Shown here: positions 9,391 through 18,338 of the stretch, piece after piece | Numbering within the stretch: position 1 is the stretch's first letter | Layout: each line of letters starts with the position of its first letter | From: Bythopirellula sp. | Lineage (GTDB): Bacteria > Planctomycetota > Planctomycetia > Pirellulales > Lacipirellulaceae | Length of the DNA stretch: 64,000 nucleotides | NCBI GenBank assembly: GCA_965216565.1 | Contig: OZ244170.1 | Span: 2,752,001-2,816,000 of the forward strand | Direction of reading: 5' to 3' | Translations under genes and position numbers: made by a program | The notes under the pieces: generated by a model | The model's database searches: none | Seen by the model: the letters and a program-made list of their open reading frames with translations, nothing else | What the model was told of the DNA's origin: nothing

Positions 9391-11493
9391 TCACAAGTCT
9401 CGAAAGTTGCCGCCACTGCTGGCAAGCCTCTTTAGGAGCGGTGCCGGCTGCCACAGTTCTGGCTCAGTCTCAGCAAATTGGCACACGCGATCGTAGACTT
9501 TGTCGAGCCCTACCGAGTCGGCGTAGTACATGGGGCCACCGCGGAAGCCGGGGAATCCGTAGCCGAATAGGTACACGACATCGATATCGCTAGCCCGAGA
9601 TGCGACGCCCTCTTCCAAAATATACGCCCCTTCGTTCACCAATGCATAAACGCAGCGTTCCACAATTTCCTGGTCAGTGATCTCGCGCCGCTCGATGCCT
9701 AGTTCTTTCGACTCGTTGAGGATCATTGTTTCGATCTCAGGGTCGGGGACCGCCTTACGGCTACCCTCGTTGTATCGATACATCCCTGAGCCGGTCTTCT
9801 GACCAAAACGGTTCTGCTCGCAGATGATATCTTGCAGCTTGGAGTAGCGCGCCCCGGGGGGACGGTTTGCTGCTTGACGTTGACGAATGAGCCAGAAAAC
9901 GTCTTGCCCCGCTAAATCGCACATAGCGTGCGGCCCCATGGCAAAGCCGAATTTCTGAAGAGCTCCGTCGACTTGCTGCGGAAGGGCTCCTTCTTCGAGC
10001 AGGAAACACGCTTCTCGTACATAGGGGAAGACCATGCGATTGCCGACGAATCCGTCGCAGACTCTCACGGGTACTCCCACCTTTTTCATCGACTTCACCA
10101 TAGCCATGGACGTCGCAACAGTTTCCTTGCTGGTGGTGTCGGCTCGCACGACTTCGACCAATTTCATGATTTGAGCTGGACTGAAGAAGTGCAGTCCGAT
10201 GACCTTTTCTGGTCGGTTCGTCTGAGCGGCGATATCACCGATGTCGAGCATCGAAGTGTTGGTCGCCAGAATTGCCTCTGGCTTAGCAGTCTCAGAGAGT
10301 TTGTTGAATACTTCCTTCTTGAGCGCCATGTCCTCGAAGACAGCTTCGACAACGATATCTGCTTCGGCCACCTTGTCCCAATTCTGCACGGGAGTGATGC
10401 GTCCTACGATCTGGTCAACATCGCGTTCTGTCATCCGCCCCTTGGCAACTAAGCCAGCGTAATTTTTCTTGATCGCCGCCATGCTGCGTTCCAGAGCTTC
10501 GGGAGACTTGTCAAAAACGCAGACCGGAATCTCCGCCTTGGCAAAGTTCATGGCGATGCCCGTGCCCATGGTCCCTGCACCCAAGATGACTGCCGAATTG
10601 ATCTCCTGGGTAGGCGTATCCTCTGGGACATCGGGGATCTTGGCGCACAGCCGTTCCGCGAAAAAAAGATAGCGAAGTGCTGCTGACTGGTCAGTCGCCA
10701 TGCACTCGGCAAAAATCTCTGCTTCTCTGGCGATTCCCTGATCGAATGGCAAGCTCGTGGCCGCTTCAATGGCATCGACGGCGCGCAGCGGCGATTGCAG
10801 TCCGCGCGATTGCTTCCGTGCCGTTTCCCGCGCTTGATCGAAGACTTCTGCAGAGACGTCCTGCACACGTTCATTCTGCTGACTTGCCAACCGTTTCCCA
10901 TTGCCTTGAGCAATCAGGTCTTCAGCAAATGAGACCGCACCGGCCAGCAAGTCTTCTTCGCCGGACGTCTCGATCACTTGATCAACGAGTCCAATTGCAT
11001 GGGCCTCGGCTGCTGAGATAGGTCGCCCCGAGGTGACCATTTGCAATGCCGACTCGACGCCAACAATTCGGGGCAGTCTTTGAGTTCCCTCACCGCCAGG
11101 AATAATGCCCAAGAATATTTCGGGCAGGCCACAACGACTAGTTGCGTCGGCCACGCGATAATCACATGCCATGGCCAGTTCCAAGCCGCCGCCGAGGGTT
11201 GTGCCATGCATTGCCGCGATCACCGGGCAGTGTAGATTCTCTAGAGCGACGAAGAGAGTATGAAAATCTGGTTGGGCAAACGGTTCCCCCAGCTCATTGA
11301 TATCCGCCCCCGCGATAAAGGTACGTCCCGCGCAGTGAATGACCACTGCCTGAGTCGACGCATCCGCAGCCACCTCTTCCAGGCAATTGACGAGTCCTCG
11401 ACGTACTGTTTCCCCAAGTGCGTTTACCGGCGGGCTATCGATGGTCAGAATCGCGATCGTGCCTTTGTTGCTTCGAGTGACTTCGCTACCCAT
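9391..11493 (-). CDS. Enoyl-CoA hydratase / 3-hydroxyacyl-CoA dehydrogenase multifunctional enzyme (FadB/FadJ-like)
   Basis: N-terminal crotonase (PPVNAL, FIAGADI, GGGLELAM, LPEI) plus HAD domain (GAGTMG, EAVFE, NTS, HFFSPA, GFVGNR). Confidence 0.93.
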   Translation of the reverse strand: MGSEVTRSNKGTIAILTIDSPPVNALGETVRRGLVNCLEEVAADASTQAVVIHCAGRTFIAGADINELGEPFAQPDFHTLFVALENLHCPVIAAMHGTTLGGGLELAMACDYRVADATSRCGLPEIFLGIIPGGEGTQRLPRIVGVESALQMVTSGRPISAAEAHAIGLVDQVIETSGEEDLLAGAVSFAEDLIAQGNGKRLASQQNERVQDVSAEVFDQARETARKQSRGLQSPLRAVDAIEAATSLPFDQGIAREAEIFAECMATDQSAALRYLFFAERLCAKIPDVPEDTPTQEINSAVILGAGTMGTGIAMNFAKAEIPVCVFDKSPEALERSMAAIKKNYAGLVAKGRMTERDVDQIVGRITPVQNWDKVAEADIVVEAVFEDMALKKEVFNKLSETAKPEAILATNTSMLDIGDIAAQTNRPEKVIGLHFFSPAQIMKLVEVVRADTTSKETVATSMAMVKSMKKVGVPVRVCDGFVGNRMVFPYVREACFLLEEGALPQQVDGALQKFGFAMGPHAMCDLAGQDVFWLIRQRQAANRPPGARYSKLQDIICEQNRFGQKTGSGMYRYNEGSRKAVPDPEIETMILNESKELGIERREITDQEIVERCVYALVNEGAYILEEGVASRASDIDVVYLFGYGFPGFRGGPMYYADSVGLDKVYDRVCQFAETEPELWQPAPLLKRLASSGGNFRDL

Positions 11494-11923
11494 TTATCTC
11501 CCCTGAAATTCGACCCCAATCGGATACCATAAAGCTTGCCTGGACTTCTGCAACGACATCACCGGTATCGTCCCGAATCGCCTTGCCTTCCATCAGCAGC
11601 AGTGTTCTCTTTTTCTTCACAGCACGCCCCTCCAATCGGAGCAATACTCCCGGCGGATGTGCAGCGCGAAATCGCATTTCTGCCTTCGCGGTGGTTGCTT
11701 TCGCACCCTGCAAAAACCACCAGTTAGCCATGACGTCGTCCAATGCACTGAATAGGATGCCGCCATGGGTGATGCCATCAAAGCCCACGTGATCATCGGT
11801 CGGAGTGAATTCACCACGGCTAACTTGTCCTTCGAGCCGAAAGCTAATCCGTAGCCCTACAGGATTGTGCTCTCCGCAGACAAAGCAGTTATCGGCATCG
11901 TTTCGTCCACGCTTATCACCCAT
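11486..11923 (-). CDS. PaaI/hotdog-fold acyl-CoA thioesterase
   Basis: CFVCG..NP.GL and HGGILFSALDD motifs. Its stop overlaps the start of the FadB-like gene. Confidence 0.88.
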   Translation of the reverse strand: MGDKRGRNDADNCFVCGEHNPVGLRISFRLEGQVSRGEFTPTDDHVGFDGITHGGILFSALDDVMANWWFLQGAKATTAKAEMRFRAAHPPGVLLRLEGRAVKKKRTLLLMEGKAIRDDTGDVVAEVQASFMVSDWGRISGEING

Positions 11924-12082
11924 TATTGATTCGGCTCTAAATCAGATTGTTAGTTGGACCAGCCTGCTGTTAGCCAGCCTCGTCGGTAGTGCAAAGAAGA
12001 CGACTACCGATTATTGCCGAACAGCGATTCGCAAAGTGTCGCCCACTCGAGGAGCAATTTTCACATTGAAGTGTGCGGAAGT

Positions 12083-13834
12083 CTAGTCTGTGGTTTGAAT
12101 TTCAAAGTGCTTCACAATCCAGTCGCGACGCTCCTCGTAGTAGGGCGCATCGACCCAATGCCCTGCATGGGGGTAGACTCGGAAATCTTTCGGTGCTTCG
12201 AGTTTGTTGTAGACGGCAAAGATGGTCACCGGTGGGCAAACGTCGTCTTGTAATCCAAGACCCAAGAATACCGGACAACGGATTCTATCGGTGAAATTCA
12301 GTGCATCGAAGTAGCTTAACGTGTGAAGCATCTTCTCCCACGAACGGTGTGGCTGGGACTTCACCCAGGTGTTGATCTCCGGCCAATCAGAAGTCTTAAA
12401 GTAGCGATCCCAGTTGCAGAGGAAGGGAATATAAGGCGCACAGAGGCTGATCCGATCGTCCAGCCCGGCGGTGACAAGGCTCAGTCCGCCTCCCTGGCTA
12501 CCACCTGTGACGGCGATTCGGCTGCGATCGACTTCGTCGCGCGATGCTAGGAAATCTACTGCCCGCACGCAGTCGGCATAAGCCCCTTGATAGTAGTAGC
12601 CCTGTTTATCATCGAGTCCACGCGTCCAGAAATCCTCGGGAGTACCGCTGACATCTTGCTGGCTGTTTCCATGGCCACGGACATTGAAAGAGAACACAGC
12701 AATCGGATCCGACGTGCCACTGGGCTGCATGTTTTGAGAATATCCGGGAACTCGCAGCAGAGCGGGAACGGGACCATCCGCCTTTGGGCGCTCATACCAA
12801 CCCCGAACGCGAACGTCGCCGAGACTGTGCATGGCGACCTCATAGACCTCATGAGTGGCCGAGTCCAGTTCGGGCTTAGGCATGAGCTGATATTGGGGAG
12901 CAATGGACGCAAGTGCTTGCCGCGTCTCTTTCCAAAACTGGTCAAAATCGTCCGCCCGAGTCAATTCGGTGGTGATCTCTTCCGGTTGGTATCCAAGAAT
13001 CATCGAAGCGGTGCTAACTTCCTCTCCGGTCTCGCACTGAAACTCACATTTCACACGATAAAACCCAGGGACTGTGGGGGAGAATTTGCAGGTGGCCTTC
13101 TGCTCGCCACGGGCGGGTAGCGTAAGCACATTCGTTTCTGTGGAAAGTTGCTCCCCTTCGTCTGTTTCTATGGTCCACCTTAGATGCCCGGTTAGTTGGT
13201 GGGGTGTGTCGTTCGAGATTGAAGTAGAGAAAGGCAACCCTTTTTGCTGAATGAATATCCCGTTGCTCCCTTCATCGAATGAGATTTCCACCAAGTCTTG
13301 CCACGAAGCCACTCTTAGGCTGTAGGGTCCTTCGTACATCCCGCCATCGCTGGCGCCATCATAAACTCGAACGGCGAGGACGTTGTCCGCATCCCAGCTT
13401 AACGACTCGGCAGATACCTTGTAGGTTCGATCTGTGGACCAACTCGTTCCGTAGTTCTCTGGCATGTGTCCGGTCTGGCCAATGAGTGCGCCGTTCCACC
13501 AGGTTTGATCAACATCGTCGATCTTTCCGAGCGAAAGAATCAGTGTACCGAACTCTTTGAAATCAGGATTGTCTCGGAACTTGGCGGGCAGGCGGAGACT
13601 CAAACGATACCAGCCATAGCCGTTGTAGTCTTTGTGGCCCTGCTCTTCCCATGGGGCGCCGACATCGATGGGTTCCCACCCGGAATCATCAAAGGCCGGG
13701 TCGGACCATTGCTTGTCGTCACCGGTGGAAAACTTCCAACCTTCGGAAACTTCTGACGTAATAACTTGCGTTTCCTCTGCCACGACATACGCGGCAGAAA
13801 AGGCGAAGACAGCAACAGACAGTATGAGTCGCAT
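12083..13834 (-). CDS. Secreted acetyl xylan/cephalosporin esterase (CE7/AXE1-like) with an N-terminal galactose-binding jelly-roll domain
   Basis: Sec signal; WKF...FDDSGW...GYGWYR...LGKIDD.D jelly roll; DFDQFW, RGHG, GGSQGG, DDVCPP and H catalytic motifs. Confidence 0.85.
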   Translation of the reverse strand: MRLILSVAVFAFSAAYVVAEETQVITSEVSEGWKFSTGDDKQWSDPAFDDSGWEPIDVGAPWEEQGHKDYNGYGWYRLSLRLPAKFRDNPDFKEFGTLILSLGKIDDVDQTWWNGALIGQTGHMPENYGTSWSTDRTYKVSAESLSWDADNVLAVRVYDGASDGGMYEGPYSLRVASWQDLVEISFDEGSNGIFIQQKGLPFSTSISNDTPHQLTGHLRWTIETDEGEQLSTETNVLTLPARGEQKATCKFSPTVPGFYRVKCEFQCETGEEVSTASMILGYQPEEITTELTRADDFDQFWKETRQALASIAPQYQLMPKPELDSATHEVYEVAMHSLGDVRVRGWYERPKADGPVPALLRVPGYSQNMQPSGTSDPIAVFSFNVRGHGNSQQDVSGTPEDFWTRGLDDKQGYYYQGAYADCVRAVDFLASRDEVDRSRIAVTGGSQGGGLSLVTAGLDDRISLCAPYIPFLCNWDRYFKTSDWPEINTWVKSQPHRSWEKMLHTLSYFDALNFTDRIRCPVFLGLGLQDDVCPPVTIFAVYNKLEAPKDFRVYPHAGHWVDAPYYEERRDWIVKHFEIQTTD

Positions 13835-14005
13835 CGAGGGTCCCTACACATTCTTCTAAATTACAAATTCTGAAACTAACTAACCTGCTCGCGGTGTCAC
13901 CCCCGGAAGGCTTGCCGAGCCGGTTTGATATCGAATGCAGCTTGGCACGATTGGTATCGAGAAGCGTTTATTCGAGTAGCAACTGTATTTGAATACCTCG
14001 CCATA

Positions 14006-15391
14006 TCAATTGCTTGCTGAATTCTGTGAGCCGAGCTCCGTGACCAACTGCGACATTTGTTCGTAGTCTTGCCATTCGCATTCTGTGCAGTCCTCGGTCA
14101 ATACAGGATACTTCCTACGTCTGAGGTTGTGATTCAGGACCAGGTATCTTGTCGATTGGGTCCGAGAACAAATGCAAAGCGTATGGGTCGAGGCAGTACC
14201 GACGTCGAGATAGCGGACCCCATCCAAGAGAGCCGATTCCCCTACACCCGTGGCAATGAGAAACACGTCTTTGTTGCTCGCCACAAACGAAGACGCATCG
14301 CCGAACTTGGCATCATTCACGTAGGCGACCTTTTTGGTCTTTACTCCCTTCTCTACCACCTCTTCCGCTTGTAATGGCACCCATTTGTTTTTCGTCACTT
14401 CTTTGCACTCAATCCATTTCACCGGGATATGGAATACCTTTCCGCCAGTTGCCATGGCAGCGGAGGAGATGAACGCGGCCTCAATGGGTTTGACGATTGC
14501 CGCAAAGGCGTCGATTCCCACCGTACCCAAGCAAGCGCTAATAGCACCCCCCACGGGTGAGCCGGCAAAAGTTCGCAGTCTCCATTTCACTCCCAATGAC
14601 CGCCGAAACGGGCTGATGTCTTTGTTCTCTAACGTCCCCACGGTGAACTGTTCCAGCCGTTTGCCGGAGTGCCGACACGCGTCTTGAATTAGTTTTCTAA
14701 GGACAGAAACTACATCCGAGTGGCTGTTGTCTGCCGTTGACTGTAGCCATTCGTTGGGGTCGAAGGATTCCCCCGCAGCATTCAACGAAGCGGCGATTGT
14801 TGAGCTAACGCATACGGTCAGATATTCGTCCGCCACGATTCGTTGAGGTCTCCCTCGAATGTCTCTGACAATCTCTCCGTCGGCATCCTTCTTCAGCACG
14901 TCGCGGAACGAGCCTGGAGGTCCGCCAACTATCATTGAAGCTGCTCCGGTGTAACCTCGTAGTAAGTCGCCGAGTCCATCTACGGGAATGCAGAGTAACT
15001 CTAGATCCAGATCTGGTTTTTCACGGCGCTCAAGTAGTGCACGGAAAGGTTTCCAAATCTGTTCGGCGTAATCGGGTTTATGATAGAAAGCTGCCGTTTC
15101 CTGTAACTCGGCAAACCGGATATTGAAATTCGCGTCGGCCAAGTAACCTAACATGGTACGCAACACCAGACGTCCGACCGTGGGCCGATACATTCCGCGG
15201 TCTTCGGTATCGTGACCTCCGATTCCTCGACCCATCAGCAAACTTGCCAGAATGCTGGCTTGTTCGGTGCATCTTGTCAGGTCTAACGCAGCGAGTCGAA
15301 CAGCAAGTTGCTCTGAGTTTTCTTTCTGCTCGCTTTCGAATTCTTCTGCTGCATTAAGGGTTGGGGGCGTTTGTGTCATGGGATCGATCAT
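14006..15391 (-). CDS. Highly divergent GlpX (class II fructose-1,6-bisphosphatase)-fold protein, probably catalytically inactive
   Basis: Colinear similarity to GlpX by eye: LDLTRCTEQASILASLLMGRG, GKRLEQFTV, DVFLIATGVGESALLDGVRY, ASTHTLCICSRTQSTRY. Metal and catalytic motifs are replaced. Confidence 0.65.
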   Translation of the reverse strand: MIDPMTQTPPTLNAAEEFESEQKENSEQLAVRLAALDLTRCTEQASILASLLMGRGIGGHDTEDRGMYRPTVGRLVLRTMLGYLADANFNIRFAELQETAAFYHKPDYAEQIWKPFRALLERREKPDLDLELLCIPVDGLGDLLRGYTGAASMIVGGPPGSFRDVLKKDADGEIVRDIRGRPQRIVADEYLTVCVSSTIAASLNAAGESFDPNEWLQSTADNSHSDVVSVLRKLIQDACRHSGKRLEQFTVGTLENKDISPFRRSLGVKWRLRTFAGSPVGGAISACLGTVGIDAFAAIVKPIEAAFISSAAMATGGKVFHIPVKWIECKEVTKNKWVPLQAEEVVEKGVKTKKVAYVNDAKFGDASSFVASNKDVFLIATGVGESALLDGVRYLDVGTASTHTLCICSRTQSTRYLVLNHNLRRRKYPVLTEDCTECEWQDYEQMSQLVTELGSQNSASN

Positions 15392-15428
15392 GGCTTTGGT
15401 CCACCAAAGGGCTTTGGTCCACCAAAGC
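15392..15428. repeat. Tandem duplication of an 18-bp palindromic unit (GGCTTTGGTCCACCAAAG x2)
   Basis: 15392-15409 equals 15410-15427. Each unit contains CTTTGGT-cc-ACCAAAG and the first abuts the GlpX-like start codon. Confidence 0.9.
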
Positions 15429-15782
15429 TAGTTAGTGAATTGTGGATTGGCTGCTTAGTAAATTAACTTGTTCAAGAAAACCAGCTTCGGTGGCATTGTG
15501 ATACACACTTTTATTCACGCCTAGTGGCCAATCTACAACGGGTACCGCCCGGAATCGAAGGATAGAGATTTTTTTGTTCAACAAAATCTGTGCCGCCAGT
15601 TCAACAAGATTTTCCGAATTTCGGGCACCTGCGCGTTGCTAGGCTTTCGCAGGACGAAGATAATGGCATTAGCCCAGAGTGAGGGACATACTGGAATTTA
15701 CTGGAGCCCTCGCATGGCCTTGTTGGCCGATTTGTAAGTTGTAGTACCGAATCGGGCATAGGGGTTCAGAGGGCGTAAGGAG

Positions 15783-15800
15783 TGTGAAACAAGTTTCACA
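15783..15800. promoter_or_regulatory. Operator-like palindrome TGTGAAAC-aa-GTTTCACA
   Basis: Perfect 8-2-8 inverted repeat in the ~750-bp divergent intergenic region. Confidence 0.4.
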
Positions 15801-16147
15801 GCCGAAATTGCTGCGTCATTGTGAAGCCGAGGAGTCGGAAGGGATGCTTGCTATGCCAGGTTTTCCTCCAAAATTCAGCTCGTGCTTTTTTGACCTCGCG
15901 AATGCGATTTATTAAACTCATTGTTAGGTCTAATCTCAATTTCTTCCCTCAACACCAACTCAGTTTGCTCAGAAATCTATCTTCTCACTCCTCCTTCATC
16001 ACCTTTTCAATTTAACTTTTCGCTGGCCCAAATGGTTTGTTTGCTTGAGGGTTTGGAAAGTAGCCAGCGATTTCAGCGCATGCATCTTACGATCCAATAC
16101 TCAGCTTGCTCCACAACTTTGTGATCTAGAATCCCCGGGAGACTCAA

Positions 16148-17380
16148 ATGCCAATAGACACGCGAAAGAATCTGGAAGAGGCTCCAGCTAACGATACAGC
16201 GAACCACGACGGTCACGACTCCAAATCACGATGGCTCAGCTACGCTGCCGCGGGAGCAGCAGGTGCCGCGGCGGTTGCCGTCGGGTCTCAGGGCGATGCG
16301 GCACTGGTCTTGAATTCTGGCGATCTCGCCATGGGTTCGCTGCCTTATACGTTGACGCCTGACGAAGACCTCGCCTTGGATTTGAATAACGATGGCAACG
16401 TCGACATAACTTTACGCAATAGGCAAAGCCTCAACTTTTCCAACGACCCCAACTTAGGCGGACGGGCATTTGTTGATGGTTATTTTCTGGGAGCTTTCGG
16501 TCAGTACAATGGCAGCGGTGGTACGTACAACTACACAATTAACTTTAGCCGTGTCTCTTCGATTGGCCCAAATTTCACGAAGGACTTTTCCCCTCCTGTC
16601 TCGACGGGGGGCTCCACGTTATCGCAGGCAAACGGTTTCTGGGACTACGCAGTTGTTCAAGGTGCTGCTACTACGTCATCCTTCTTTTATGGAGGGTATG
16701 TGCGGGATGGTGGTGCCGGATTCCCGCTGAGTGGCTGGGGCAGCTGGTACGGAAGTAGCCCTCAATACACCAACAATGCTCCAGGCTTCCTGGGCGTCCG
16801 CTTTGATATCGGCGGCAGCACGCACTACGGGTTTGTTGAAATGGATATCGACCTTTCGGTCCTCAATGCGGCTGGTGGGTCGGCCAATGTGCTGAGGATA
16901 CTGAGCTATGGGTTTGAGGACGTTGCCGATGCCCAGATCAGTGGCCCCGGCGATGCGAATTTTGAACGGAACGATGCGGTTCCTATTGAATTCCAACTCG
17001 ATCCTGATCCAAATGCCGCTGACCCAAATGCCCTGGTTCGCGTTTATCCCAGCGGAATCGAAACCAATTGGCTGCGAGCCCAAGACCACGTCGACGGTTT
17101 AGATTTCTTGAAATGGCAAACTGGATTTGGCGATCCCAATGCCACACAGCGGGACGGCGATGCCAATCGCGACGGCGTTGTCGATGGCCAAGACTTGGCA
17201 ATTTGGGAAAACCAATATGGGGAAGCGCGAAGCCACGACAATACGCAGGTACCGCTTAATCCCAATGTTGCCACGGTTCCGGAACCGAATTCCTTGGGCC
17301 TACTCGCCTTGGGAGCCTCCGGGTTGATGGTGTTACGACGATTCCGTCGTTTGCAACGCAAGCAGAATCAGGGAGAGTGA
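16148..17380 (+). CDS. PEP-CTERM surface protein, Tyr/Gly/Ser-rich, with a dockerin-like module
   Basis: Extended leader with RWLSYAAA; VDGLDFLKWQ and GDANRDGVVDGQDLAIW; C-terminal VPEPNSLGLLALGASGLMVLRRFRR. Confidence 0.88.
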   Translation: MPIDTRKNLEEAPANDTANHDGHDSKSRWLSYAAAGAAGAAAVAVGSQGDAALVLNSGDLAMGSLPYTLTPDEDLALDLNNDGNVDITLRNRQSLNFSNDPNLGGRAFVDGYFLGAFGQYNGSGGTYNYTINFSRVSSIGPNFTKDFSPPVSTGGSTLSQANGFWDYAVVQGAATTSSFFYGGYVRDGGAGFPLSGWGSWYGSSPQYTNNAPGFLGVRFDIGGSTHYGFVEMDIDLSVLNAAGGSANVLRILSYGFEDVADAQISGPGDANFERNDAVPIEFQLDPDPNAADPNALVRVYPSGIETNWLRAQDHVDGLDFLKWQTGFGDPNATQRDGDANRDGVVDGQDLAIWENQYGEARSHDNTQVPLNPNVATVPEPNSLGLLALGASGLMVLRRFRRLQRKQNQGE

Positions 17381-17474
17381 ATCTTTGTCCCCGTCCTGAG
17401 TGGCAGTAGGGTGGATTGGCAGAACCAGTTTTCGAACACTACTAAATTTTGATACTTCGAGAGGGAGACGTCTA

Positions 17475-18221
17475 ATGAAGTCGAACAAAGAGAATACTAG
17501 TCAACGCAAGTGGAACAAAAAAAACGAGAGCAAGAGTTCCAAGGGCCGTTGGCTAAGCTATGCCGCCGCCACAGGTGCCGCAGCTTTAACCGCTGGCCAG
17601 GCAGACGCAGTCACATTGCAATTCCCTGGTAGCGGAAGTGTCGGACCCGATGGATCGGTGGCGCTCGACCTCAATGGCGATACAACCACTGACGTCACCA
17701 TCTTCAATTTGTACAGCACAAGCTTCTATGGTACAGGCTCGGCGGGAAGGGCCGGTGCAAGCGGGTCGGTGCTCGGCTACTACGGTGGCTACTTCAGTAC
17801 TGGCAAGTCTTACCTCTATGCGAAGAAGTTCAGCAACTTCTCGTCGATCACGCCAAGTTTTTCGGGTCCAGGGAATCCTGGCTACTACACCTCGGGCATC
17901 AACAGCGGTACCCAGCATTACATGCGAGATGGTAACGGTTTCCCCCTTAGTGGATGGGGCGGAAGCTACAATGGCCCTGGTCTGTTGGGTGTTCGCTTCG
18001 ATATCGGCGGCAATTCGCACATGGGATTCGTAGAAATCTCTGTGGACCCCAGTAACAACACCAATGGAGCACCTGGCAATATTCCTACTATTATTAGCTT
18101 TGGATACGAAACGCAGCCAAACACGGCGCTAAGCAATCCCGTCCCGGAGCCAACCTCGTTAGGCTTGCTCGCCATGGGAGCTGCGGGTTTGGCAACTCTG
18201 CGTCGACGTCGCAAAGCATAG
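17475..18221 (+). CDS. PEP-CTERM surface protein, paralog of 16148-17380
   Basis: ATG 17475 follows GAGGGAG; RWLSYAAA leader; shared FPLSGWG and LGVRFDIGG..H.GFVE motifs; C-terminal VPEPTSLGLLAMGAAGLATLRRRRKA. Confidence 0.88.
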   Translation: MKSNKENTSQRKWNKKNESKSSKGRWLSYAAATGAAALTAGQADAVTLQFPGSGSVGPDGSVALDLNGDTTTDVTIFNLYSTSFYGTGSAGRAGASGSVLGYYGGYFSTGKSYLYAKKFSNFSSITPSFSGPGNPGYYTSGINSGTQHYMRDGNGFPLSGWGGSYNGPGLLGVRFDIGGNSHMGFVEISVDPSNNTNGAPGNIPTIISFGYETQPNTALSNPVPEPTSLGLLAMGAAGLATLRRRRKA

Positions 18222-18338
18222 GCTTTGGCGAATACAATAGAGAGACTAGGTATCTGGGCAGCCGTTTCCCCACAGGAAGCGGCTGTCTTGCAATGTATTT
18301 GGTCACAAGCATTACGAAGGAATAGGTAAGAGCGAAAC

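Noticed and set aside
15392..15428. Possible mini-CRISPR
   Set aside because: Only two abutting 18-bp units with no spacer, and no cas genes in the window.
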